From positions 1,600,001 through 1,664,000 of the forward strand of contig OY969724.1 of assembly GCA_963702205.1 (NCBI GenBank): 64,000 bases of DNA. Direction: 5' to 3'. Position numbers and translations under genes: made by a program. The DNA is from an uncultured candidate division Zixibacteria bacterium (lineage in GTDB: Bacteria; Zixibacteria; MSB-5A5; GN15; PGXB01). The notes beneath the pieces were generated by a model. It saw only the letters and a list, made by a program, of their open reading frames with translations, made no database searches and was not told where the DNA came from. This document shows, piece by piece, positions 31,224-41,300 of the stretch; position 1 is the stretch's first letter; every line of letters begins with the position of its first letter.

Positions 31224-32066
31224 ATGGACGAGACCGGCAAGATAAATACCAGATTCTGGTCCAGGCTGAATATCTTAAACGAAATCGCCGCGGCCTTTCA
31301 TTCGCCGGGTCCGGTCAATGAAATCGTGAGCGAAGTCCTGGCCAGGATCAATGGCATGGTGCCGTTCAAGGCGGCCGGGTTGTATTTATATGATACCAAA
31401 AGCCTGAATCTGAAGCCGGTCGTCAGGCAGGGACAATTGAACGAAGGTCAGGACCTTTTGCTCGGTTTCGATCAACGGGCGGCCAATGAATGGTTCGGAG
31501 CACGGACGCACGAACTTGTGGTCGACGGTGACAGCGGCGAACAGCTGCTGGCTATCCCGCTGAAAGTACAAACCAGGCCGGTTGGATTGATCGCCTTCGT
31601 TTCCGACTCATCGCAGCCGTTTCGTGATAAAGATCGACGTTTCCTCTTAATCGCCGGGGATTTGATCGCCGTATCGATGGAGCGCCAAATATACAACAAG
31701 AGACTTCGTGCCAAAAACCAGGCTCTCCGCAAGGCACAGGAAGAACTGCAAGTCGTCAGACAAAACATTATAAATTTCGAGCGGCTTTCGGCCGTCCGAG
31801 AACTGGCAGTCTCCATAAATCACGAAATCAACAATCCTCTGTCGGTTATAGTCGGAAACATACAGTGCCTTTTGCTTAAGACCAGGAATTTGGAAAAAAG
31901 CGTTTATGACCGCCTCAAACTCATCGAACGTGAAGCCATGCACATCGCCGAAATCAATCAAAGACTTTTGAAAATCGAAGACCTGGTTTCGGAAACGTAC
32001 ATGAGCGGTCATGACAAAATAAAAATGATAGACCTTGAAAAATCAACTGCGGGGACGGGACGATGA
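31224..32066 (+). CDS. GAF + HisKA protein lacking an ATPase domain
   Basis: AIPLKV..RPVGLI GAF; SINHEINNPLSVI H-box; ends KMIDLEKS with no N/G boxes. Confidence 0.82.
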   Translation: MDETGKINTRFWSRLNILNEIAAAFHSPGPVNEIVSEVLARINGMVPFKAAGLYLYDTKSLNLKPVVRQGQLNEGQDLLLGFDQRAANEWFGARTHELVVDGDSGEQLLAIPLKVQTRPVGLIAFVSDSSQPFRDKDRRFLLIAGDLIAVSMERQIYNKRLRAKNQALRKAQEELQVVRQNIINFERLSAVRELAVSINHEINNPLSVIVGNIQCLLLKTRNLEKSVYDRLKLIEREAMHIAEINQRLLKIEDLVSETYMSGHDKIKMIDLEKSTAGTGR

Positions 32067-33835
32067 ACCCTACGACTTTAAATGCCCGGGAAATAGAAGT
32101 TGTCTCGATAAAAAACCAGTTTGACAACGTTCCCATCGGATGCATGGTTGTCTCGCTCGAGGGAACGATCAAATACGTCAATTACGAAGCCGCCCGGCTG
32201 CTTGGCTACGATGAACCCTCGAATATGCTTACGGCCAGCATAAGAGAGATCGAAGCCATCCTCAATTGCGGGTTTTACGAAGCTCGCAATGCCGTCATGG
32301 CGGGGGAAACGTATCATAAGGCCGAACATAAATGCACCAATTGTCGCGGCCAGTATAAAGTCCTGAATATATTCTGCAATCCGTTTCGGGGTTCCGATGG
32401 TGAAGTTGTCGGCATTCTGAGCATGATACAGGATGTCAGTGAATCGAGTTTCAAAAAACAGGATCTTGAAGAAGCGATTTATGAACTGTCTATAATGTCG
32501 CAAGTGTCCGAAGCTCTGTCATCATCGGCCGAGCTCGATGAAATATTCAAAGTGATGCTGACGGCCGTGACGTCGAGTCAGGGCCTCGGCTTCAACCGCG
32601 CGTTTTTATTCCTGGTCGATCACAAGAATGAAAACCTCGTGGGACAGTTGGCCGTAGGACCGACCAGCCCTGAAGAAGCCGGCTATATTTGGACTCAACT
32701 GGAAAGCAGACGTCTGACCCTGAAAGAAATTCTCGACGCAGGGCACTATAATACCGGAAACGGAGATTCCGGTTTGACCGCCCTTATCGAGGGCTGGCAA
32801 ATATCACTGAACGATCAAAACATTTTCGGCGCGGCCGTATTGAGCGGACAAGCCATGCTGACTTTGCGCAGCGACGTTCTGGGGGCACAATCGCAATCGA
32901 TTTTGGGACGGCTGAATGTCGAAAATATCGCTTTGGCGCCGATCATATCGAAAGGCCGACGGCTCGGGCTGATTGCCGCCGACAACCAGATTACCGGACG
33001 AGATATTTCACCCTCGCTGGTCGAACTGCTGCAGGCGTTTGCCTGCCAGACGGCCGTGGCCATCGAACGGTCCCGGCTGTATGACAGCCAGGTCGAACGG
33101 GCCGAAGAACTGACGCGGATCAATCGCCAGTTGGCCGAATCACAGGAACAAATCATTCGCGTGGAGAAAATGTCGGTGATTGGCGAACTGACGTCTTCGA
33201 TTGCCCATGAACTGCGTAATCCGCTGACTGTCATTGGTGGCTTTGCCAACCTGCTTCTAAACACCGCGGCGACCGATGCCAATAATGAATATTTGAATAT
33301 CATACTCTCAGAGACCAAACGCGCCGAATCTGTCCTGCATCAGGTTTTGGATTTTTCAAAGGCCAGCCGAACCGAGAACCGGGCCATAGGTTTTCATCAA
33401 TTGATTCAAAACTGCTGCAATATGGTTACGTCGCGCATCAAGCGAGGCCAGCCGCAGCCGATATTCGACGCGGAGGATTCCGGACTGGTGGTCTGGGGCA
33501 ATTCCGATCAGCTTCAACACGCCATAGTACAATTTCTGAATATGATTATCGAAAGTTCGACGGAAAACAACACGATCAGCCTCGATATTATTCCGAATGA
33601 AAGCACCGTCATGCTGACCATTTCGGTCGCTTTCGAAAAGAACGATCGACGACGCCTGACTAAAATGCTCGAACAGGGATTCAATAATCCTTCGGGGACC
33701 CAGCGTCTGTCAATTTTGGTTGCGGGCGAAACTATCCGCTATCACGGCGGCAATTTCGGCCTGGAAAGCTCGGAAGGCGGCCTGCCCCGGGTGTTCGTGG
33801 AACTGCCGATTTATAAAGGATCGGAAAATGAGTAA
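32063..33835 (+). CDS. PAS-GAF-HisKA sensor with degenerate HATPase
   Basis: PAS (YVNYEAARLLGY), GLGFNRAFLFL GAF, AHELRNPL H-box; no DxGxG/GxGLG. Confidence 0.82.
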   Translation: MNPTTLNAREIEVVSIKNQFDNVPIGCMVVSLEGTIKYVNYEAARLLGYDEPSNMLTASIREIEAILNCGFYEARNAVMAGETYHKAEHKCTNCRGQYKVLNIFCNPFRGSDGEVVGILSMIQDVSESSFKKQDLEEAIYELSIMSQVSEALSSSAELDEIFKVMLTAVTSSQGLGFNRAFLFLVDHKNENLVGQLAVGPTSPEEAGYIWTQLESRRLTLKEILDAGHYNTGNGDSGLTALIEGWQISLNDQNIFGAAVLSGQAMLTLRSDVLGAQSQSILGRLNVENIALAPIISKGRRLGLIAADNQITGRDISPSLVELLQAFACQTAVAIERSRLYDSQVERAEELTRINRQLAESQEQIIRVEKMSVIGELTSSIAHELRNPLTVIGGFANLLLNTAATDANNEYLNIILSETKRAESVLHQVLDFSKASRTENRAIGFHQLIQNCCNMVTSRIKRGQPQPIFDAEDSGLVVWGNSDQLQHAIVQFLNMIIESSTENNTISLDIIPNESTVMLTISVAFEKNDRRRLTKMLEQGFNNPSGTQRLSILVAGETIRYHGGNFGLESSEGGLPRVFVELPIYKGSENE

Positions 33836-34214
33836 AATTCTGATTATTGACGATGAAGCCCACATCCTGAAACTGTATCAGGAAGTACTTGGACGGGAGG
33901 GCTATCAGGTTAAAATTGCCGGTAATGTCGAAACCGCCCGGACATATTTGAGTGAGGATCAATTCAACCTCGTAATCCTCGATATAGAGCTGGATCAGGA
34001 AAACGGCCTCAATTTCTTGAAAGAGCTTAAAAGCACCCGACCGACCCTTCCGGTGATTCTTAATTCGGCCTATTCCATATATAAGTCGGATTTTCACAGC
34101 TGGGCCGCCGATGCCTATGTTGTCAAGACGTCGGATTTGGAACCCCTTAAACTCAAAGTAAAAGAGCTATTAGATGTCAATTCAAAATATCCCCAAAAGC
34201 CGGCCACAAAATAG
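33828..34214 (+). CDS. Single-domain response regulator
   Basis: ILIIDDE, VILDI, SAYS.YK.DF.SWAADAYVVK. Confidence 0.92.
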   Translation: MSKILIIDDEAHILKLYQEVLGREGYQVKIAGNVETARTYLSEDQFNLVILDIELDQENGLNFLKELKSTRPTLPVILNSAYSIYKSDFHSWAADAYVVKTSDLEPLKLKVKELLDVNSKYPQKPATK

Positions 34215-34557
34215 CGGAGACCTGGCCGCCCAGGTCAGAAGTCTGGCCGACCAGGTGAAAATCCTGGCCCTGAACATGGCCATTCAGCTCGCCCGGTCCA
34301 AAGAGCGGGTGCAGGACCTGACCATCCTCGAGAGCGATTTCACCAAGCTGATCCACGGTTCCATCGAAGTCATTCAGGAAATAACCATGCTGCTGGAATA
34401 TCTTCAGTGCCGCAAGGGAGCCGATACCGTCAAAGATGACAGCCTGAATCAGATTGAGCATTCCTTGAACGAGATTCTGAACCAGTCGCGGGATATACAG
34501 GAAGCGATTGAGGCTATTAAGCATAAGAGAAATAACGTCGATAAAAATAATAGATGA
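34174..34557 (+). CDS. Small soluble protein resembling a chemoreceptor signalling hairpin
   Basis: LADQVKILALNMAIQLAR vs MCP consensus [18 protein letters not shown]. Confidence 0.55.
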   Translation: MSIQNIPKSRPQNSGDLAAQVRSLADQVKILALNMAIQLARSKERVQDLTILESDFTKLIHGSIEVIQEITMLLEYLQCRKGADTVKDDSLNQIEHSLNEILNQSRDIQEAIEAIKHKRNNVDKNNR

Positions 34558-34597
34558 CCATAAACGGCTTTATATGGCCACCGGAGAATGTTTTATT

Positions 34598-35017
34598 ATG
34601 AATATCGAGAAAATCGAACAATTGGCGAAAAAAAGGGGCCGGGCTTTCAAAGTTTTGATTGTCGATGATGAACCGCGGGTGCGTGATATTTTTAAAGAGT
34701 TTTGTGAACTGAGCAACTTTGTGGAAGTGGACACCGCCGACAACGGAACCGATGCCATTGAGAAAGTCAAGAATGCCGATTATGACCTGGTTACGATGGA
34801 CCTGATTATGCCGGAGATGGCCGGAGTCGAGGCGGTTTCGAAGATTAAAGAGCACAAGCCTCATCTTCCCGTGATCGTCATCACCGGCAATGCCACCGAC
34901 CGTCTGGTCAATCAGGCCGGGGTACAGGGAGCATCCTCCTTGATGTACAAACCGGTCATGCTCGAAAATTTCATGGATGAACTGACCGCCACCTTTGAAA
35001 AAAGCGCCGGTAAGTAG
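34598..35017 (+). CDS. Single-domain response regulator
   Basis: VLIVDDE, TMDLIMP, VITG, KP. Confidence 0.92.
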   Translation: MNIEKIEQLAKKRGRAFKVLIVDDEPRVRDIFKEFCELSNFVEVDTADNGTDAIEKVKNADYDLVTMDLIMPEMAGVEAVSKIKEHKPHLPVIVITGNATDRLVNQAGVQGASSLMYKPVMLENFMDELTATFEKSAGK

Positions 35018-35431
35018 ATGGCCATGGACCGCGAAGTAACCATACTGGTCGTGGACGATGAGGAAGCAATTTGCACGCTGATGCAAAAGCTTCTGCAGCG
35101 TAAGGGCTATCGAGTCCTGACGGCGCTCGACGGCGGCGAGGCTCTTGGGATACTCGGCTCAAATAATATAACTGTGGTCATCTCCGATATTGTCATGCCG
35201 GGCATGGGCGGCAAAGACCTACTGACTGCAATCAAGCAAAAATATCCCCGAATAGCCGTAATTATGATGACCGGTTACGGCGACGCCTTTACTATTAAGC
35301 AGGTTATGGCGCTCGGCGCCGACGAGTATATCACCAAGCCTTTCAAGGGCGATGAAGTTTCGATGATTGTCGAGCGGGTTCTGTGGCGCATCAATAATCC
35401 AACTGCAAACCCGGCCCCGCTGGTCGAATAG
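35018..35431 (+). CDS. Single-domain response regulator
   Basis: ILVVDDE, ISDIVMP, MMTGY, YITKPF. Confidence 0.93.
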   Translation: MAMDREVTILVVDDEEAICTLMQKLLQRKGYRVLTALDGGEALGILGSNNITVVISDIVMPGMGGKDLLTAIKQKYPRIAVIMMTGYGDAFTIKQVMALGADEYITKPFKGDEVSMIVERVLWRINNPTANPAPLVE

Positions 35432-35567
35432 GCTTTTGGGCCAGACTTTTCTTTTCTCCTCCAATCAAATTACATCTTTAAATTTTGTCTGCTGGGGCCT
35501 TCAAATTTGACTTGAAAATTCGCATATTTGGACTATATTGCTGGCTCTGACATTCGAAGATTCGTAA

Positions 35568-35654
35568 GGAGAGGTGGCCGAGCGGCTGAAGGCAGCTGCC
35601 TGCTAAGCAGTTGTACGTGAAAGCGTACCCTGGGTTCGAATCCCAGCCTCTCCG
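35568..35654 (+). tRNA. tRNA-Ser (GCT), CCA not encoded
   Basis: GGAGAGG/CCTCTCC acceptor stem, CTGCTAA anticodon loop, long variable arm, GGTTCGAATCC T-loop; TTGAAA-N16-TATATT promoter at 35512-35539. Confidence 0.97.
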
Positions 35655-35971
35655 CTTTATACTAATTAATATTGCATGCGTTTGCGGCACACTAACTTAA
35701 CAAGTCTATAATTGACGTAGGTTGAGCTTTTCTAATAAATTCTAACGTAATTCGAGGCTCGTCAACCCCCGCTTTTCTTGCAGGCCTGCTTGCACTTGCA
35801 CTTAGCTAATATTTCAAGTTATCTGTATGGGAACAGGTCGTTACGGTGGTTACGGATAATGGGTCTTATCCGAAATAACTGCAGGCCCATTTGAAATCCC
35901 TAACCGCTTTTAACGGATTTTTTGTCTATTAGTGTAATAATAAAAGGCCTTAAACCTTATTAAGTATTATC

Positions 35972-36000
35972 TTGACGAAATGGATCAAGAAGCCTATATT
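35972..36000 (+). promoter_or_regulatory. Sigma70-type promoter
   Basis: TTGACG-N17-TATATT upstream of the 36127 gene. Confidence 0.6.
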
Positions 36001-36126
36001 TTATAAAGTTCCGGAACTGAAGCGTTCCTGTTTTTTGAGTAAGATCCATCAAATTTAAGACCTGCATCATCGATGTCTGCTGCAATGGTATAGTGACAAT
36101 GACATGATATAAACATACATTAGGTA

Positions 36127-38076
36127 ATGTACTGTAGGGGTGTCAGGGTGACAAGAATTGTCACATTCGTAACAGGGCTGTTTTTAATTTTCGAATCGAC
36201 CCTATTTGCACTGCCGCCGGGTCAAATGAATTCGGACCAAAGCCGCCCGGCCCTGAGCGGCATCATGTTTCTTTCGGATTCCGTTTTTTCCAGACCAATA
36301 GATAAGCTGAATTCGCCAATACGCACACAGGATATCTATTCCTATATTGATGTCAACAACTCACTGGCATTTGTCACGAATCTGGGAGCCATCGGGACAA
36401 ATATAAACAACCTCTGGAGCAGCAGCGGGGGCATGTTTTACCCGTATTCCGGTGATACCGTGGATATCGTACTAAACCCGGATAAAGTGCTTTTGTACTG
36501 TGCCGGCCTGTTTTTGGGGGGCAAAGTTGGCGGAAACACAAGAGTCGCAGTCGCCACTTATGAACAGGAATATGTCCCTGGGCCTATGTCAGGCGGGACC
36601 TCTATGCCGGATCAGTCGTCATTTCGAGTTTATAAAATTGACACTTCTTCCGGACCGGGAGATTATTTTTACGATAACTGGCCGATTGCTCAGGGTGCTC
36701 CAACGGATCAGTATGGCGATCCATTGTTATTGGGACAACAAACACTCTGGACGGTCTATAATGATGCTGGAACCCACATCGCTGCAATAGGCGGGACGGC
36801 ACCATTGGGCATAGAAGTCCGCCAAACCGTTTGGGGTTCCGCTGACACCAATGAAGATTATGTTTTTTATGTTCAGTATGAGCTTTACAATAAAGGTGCC
36901 AATTATATCGATAGCTTTTACATCTGCTTTTACGCCGATCCGGATATCGGCGGGCCCACCGACGATCTGGTCGGTTGTGATACGGCCCTAGATATGTTCT
37001 TCGCCTTTAATGGCGACAATAATGATGCCGCCTATGGAACAACACCTCCGGCCTGGGGCGGCCAGGTTGCGTATGGACCAGTTGTGCCGTCAGTTGGTGA
37101 TACCGCTTATTTCGCTGGCAATGAGATGCCCAATTACAAAAATATGCGAATGACGTCATTCAGCAGCTATATCAATGGCCAGGATCCCAATGACGCGGAA
37201 GATACATACTTATACATGATTGGTTGGGACGGTATTGGTCACCAACCTTACGTGGATCCTTTTAGCGGTGATTCAACTACCTTTAAGTACGCCGGTGATC
37301 CTCTGACAGCGACCGGTTGGCTTGATCCTGTTTCGGATGATAAAAGACTGATGGCGGGCTTTGGCCCATTGACATTTAATCCAGGTGATAGTCAGCAGGT
37401 CTTATTAAAAATCGCCGGATTCGGCGCAATGCCCGGTAATAATCATCTTCTAAGTCTCCACGGATTGAAAAGCCGTCTTGCCGCAGCCGGCAATTCCCAG
37501 TTGCGGCCATTATATATTCGTGCATACTCGCCTGTAAATCTCTGGGTCATCGACCCGGAAGAATATTACATCGGTAAAGATGCTTCCGGGGCAATATCGC
37601 AGACAATATTTCCGGCCGACTATAATGAATTACCACCGGATTACATCGATGAAGTAATCATATATTACCCGATACCGGGCGAATATGAAATTATTGTTAT
37701 TCCTGAAGACGACGCTCCGCCCGGTGCACTTTATTCGGTAGGAATCAGGATCGATGGCAGCGAGCAAGCCATTATTGTCGAGAACGCCGATGTTCCGGCT
37801 TCAGGCACGACTGATGAATACTTTTATGTTGTGGAAGATGGTTATCAATATATTAACGGTGATGCCAATCGGGACAACAATGTAAATCTAATCGATATAT
37901 TATACTTGATTTCATATTTGTATGATGAGCCGCCCGGACCGGCACCCTATCCGCCCGGTGCTGCCGATGCCAATTGTGACGAATATCTCAATTTGATCGA
38001 TATATTGTATCTGATCGCGTATCTATATGATAATTCGCCTGGTTCTGAACCATGCCATTCGGAGGACTATGAATAA
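36127..38076 (+). CDS. Secreted protein with uncharacterised N-domain, Ig-like module and C-terminal dockerin-like repeats
   Basis: Signal peptide; GDANRDNNVNLIDILYLISYLY...ADANCDEYLNLIDILYLIAYLY. Confidence 0.82.
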   Translation: MYCRGVRVTRIVTFVTGLFLIFESTLFALPPGQMNSDQSRPALSGIMFLSDSVFSRPIDKLNSPIRTQDIYSYIDVNNSLAFVTNLGAIGTNINNLWSSSGGMFYPYSGDTVDIVLNPDKVLLYCAGLFLGGKVGGNTRVAVATYEQEYVPGPMSGGTSMPDQSSFRVYKIDTSSGPGDYFYDNWPIAQGAPTDQYGDPLLLGQQTLWTVYNDAGTHIAAIGGTAPLGIEVRQTVWGSADTNEDYVFYVQYELYNKGANYIDSFYICFYADPDIGGPTDDLVGCDTALDMFFAFNGDNNDAAYGTTPPAWGGQVAYGPVVPSVGDTAYFAGNEMPNYKNMRMTSFSSYINGQDPNDAEDTYLYMIGWDGIGHQPYVDPFSGDSTTFKYAGDPLTATGWLDPVSDDKRLMAGFGPLTFNPGDSQQVLLKIAGFGAMPGNNHLLSLHGLKSRLAAAGNSQLRPLYIRAYSPVNLWVIDPEEYYIGKDASGAISQTIFPADYNELPPDYIDEVIIYYPIPGEYEIIVIPEDDAPPGALYSVGIRIDGSEQAIIVENADVPASGTTDEYFYVVEDGYQYINGDANRDNNVNLIDILYLISYLYDEPPGPAPYPPGAADANCDEYLNLIDILYLIAYLYDNSPGSEPCHSEDYE

Positions 38077-38385
38077 TTATCCAGACCTAATTTTGCGGCA
38101 TAATCCAGCCTTTGTCGCTATTATTTACGATATTGATTGTCACGCGTTTCTTTAAAACTTGTGTGAATAATTAATCGGCAAGAGAATAATAGCAAGTAGT
38201 CTCGCTCTATTCTATTAATTATTTGTACTGACTTCATACATACAAGGAGATCTATGTCAATGGTTGATTGCGCTGACAATTGATAATTGAAATGGGCATT
38301 GCCATCTTATTGCCTGAAAAAATAATAAATGCGCTAATATTAATTTGATCTTTGTCGAAAATCACGCAGCCGACAGGAGGAGTAT

Positions 38386-41300
38386 ATGAAAGGCATTCTG
38401 ACTATTACGGCGATTTTATTAATTTTCTGTCAATCTGTATTTGCCCAGGCAAATCAACCACCGGTGCTTTTCCCTATAGGCAATAAGGTGGTATCGGAAG
38501 GATATAATTTAAGCTTTACGGTTTCTGCGACGGATTCGGAATCTATTCCAAGTCTTACAGCATCACCATTACCATCAGGAGCGACATTTGGCGACAATGG
38601 AAATGGCTCTGGGGATTTTAGCTGGACACCAACATTGCTGCAAGCGGGCTTATATGAGATGATATTTAGGGCAATCGATGACTCCAGCGCAGTCGATTCG
38701 GAATTGATCAGCATAACCGTTTTAAATATTGCTGACCCGCCGCAAATAGTCTCTGTCTCACCGGCACGGAATGAACTCAATGTTGATGATAGTTCCACTA
38801 TATCTGTGACTTTCGATAAGGATATGGATGAGTCAACCATCAATAATTCTACATTTGTGGTCAGATCAGAATTTATGGGTACCTTAAACGGCACATACAG
38901 TTACGATGATGTCAGCCACACCGCCACATTTGCATCATATATTGATTTCGGGATTGGTGATATTATTTCTGTATCTTTAACAACCGGAATAGAGTCATCC
39001 GACGAAATTCCTCTTATCAACGGTTATAACTGGTGCTTTACTGCCGAGGTCGATAGCGGACACGGTGTGTTTAGTGGGGATAATTCCTATCAAGCCGGTC
39101 CTGCAGGCTCTTATCCCATTTCTATTTGTACAGCCGATTTAAACGGTGACGACATTCTGGACCTGGCCGTATCCAACAGCGGTTGTGACAGTATAACAGT
39201 ATTTCTTGGTGCTGGAGATGGCACATTCTCTTTGGCCACAAGATTATTTGCCGATAATGCCACCGCTATAGTTGCCTGTGATATTGACCTTGATGCCGAC
39301 ATTGACCTGATAGCCGCCAATTCGTCCGATGACAGCCTTTCCATATTAACAAATGTTGGGGGCGGGGTCTTTCAATGGAGCAATTTACTCTCGACCTATG
39401 TCGGAGATAATCCCTCATCAATTACGGCGGCCGATTTTAATGGTGACGGATGGCCCGACCTTGCGGTAACGGGTGCCTCCAGCAATGATATTTCCCTTCT
39501 CATTAATGACCACACAGGTTCCTTTTCTAATGAAGGCATTTATAATACCGGGAATAGTCCGCTCTGTGTGGAATCCGGAGATTTTGACGATGACGGGGAC
39601 ATTGACCTGGTAAATTGTAACAATGATGATGGAAGCGTCAGTTTCTTTTTGAATAGAGGCAATGGCATTTTTGATTTCGATACAACTTACATAATCGGGG
39701 GATCTCCATTCAGCATTGCTGTGGCGGATTTCGTCGGAAATGGTTTCCTTGATTTGGCTATCACAGATTATGACGGTGCAAGGGTAGTAGTGCTTATCAA
39801 TGACGAATCCGGCGCATATGTTATTGATTCATCTTACGATGTCGGAACACAACCGCATGATATAATTGCCGGTGATTTTCAGCATACCGGCAATCTAAGC
39901 CTGGCTAACGTTAATTTTAATTCGAATGATGTCTCTGTTTTGTTGAACGCGGGAGACACGACCTTTATTCAGCCACCGGCATTTTCTACTGGAATTCGTC
40001 CAAATGATCTATGTGCCGGTGATTTCGATTCCGACGGTGATTTGGATATGGCCATAACTTCTGTTATGCATAATCGCATTTATACATATAAGAATGATAT
40101 AGGTACCCCTACAACTTATGTTGTCACACGCCTTGATGACGATGAAAACGAAGGGTCGCTACGGTGGGCGATCAATCAATCAAATAATGCCACGCCCTTT
40201 CAATCAGATTCTATTATTTTTAGTCCGTCTTTGAACGGCACAATTTATCTTAACGATACTCTGCCTGCTTTTGTTGATCCCATGGGGGCGGTTATAATTG
40301 GTGACACTCTGAATCCCGAAAGTATTATAATTAATGGTACACAATTACCAAACCGAGATACCTATAGAGATGATCGTAGTGCTTCCTATGGATTCTATAT
40401 AAAGAATATAAATGAATTTTTCCTGATGGGGTTGGTATTTTCTAATTTTGAGGATGGTATAATTATCCTTAATTCATCCAATATTGATCTCATACTTATT
40501 GGGGTGCATGATTGTAGTGAGAATGGCGTTGCCATAAGTTCGTCATCCTCAATTAATATGATAGGATGCACAATGTGGGGGCTTTACAATGATTGTAATA
40601 ATATTTACGTTTATGCCTGTAATAATATAGTAATTGATAATAATTCTATTGGCCCAAATTTGGAAAATACTTTTAATGGAGTTGGTATAGTTGGTATATA
40701 TGTTACTTCTTCTGAAAATGTGGAAATAAGCAATAATGTGTTTGGCTACCTGGAGAATGCAATTATTGATGATGCTGGGTGGAAGAATTATATACATGAT
40801 AATTATATAGGTATGAATACGGATTATGAGCATATCCCTATCACTGGGGACGGCATAAGGACTACGTGGTCTCTTGATGCTAGAGTTGAATATAATACAA
40901 TTTGTGCAAGTAACACGGGTATCCTTATAGAAAATGCCGGGGAACTTTATTTTAGAAATGTGTTTTATGGCAATTCTATTGGGAATAATAATGGGGTTGG
41001 TGAATATGGCATAATAATAATGGGCCAAATAACGGAGAACACTAGGATTGAAGGAAATTCCATATCGGGTCTAAATAAAGACGCTATTTTGGTAACTAAT
41101 GCCCATGCTTCACCAGGTTATAGTATAAATATATTTTCTAATAATATTGGCTCAAGATTAGGTAATGGGAGTGGCGAATACGGTATTAATGTGATTGGTA
41201 GCACAAATGTGTATATTAAGGGAAATAATATTGTAAGTAACGGTTTTGGCGGGATCGAAGTTAATCAATCCACACTATATATCGAAAACAATGACATTGG

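Noticed and set aside
33720..33827. Long N-terminus of the first response regulator
   Set aside because: Overlaps the kinase gene; ATG at 33828 with AAGGA RBS gives a standard receiver.
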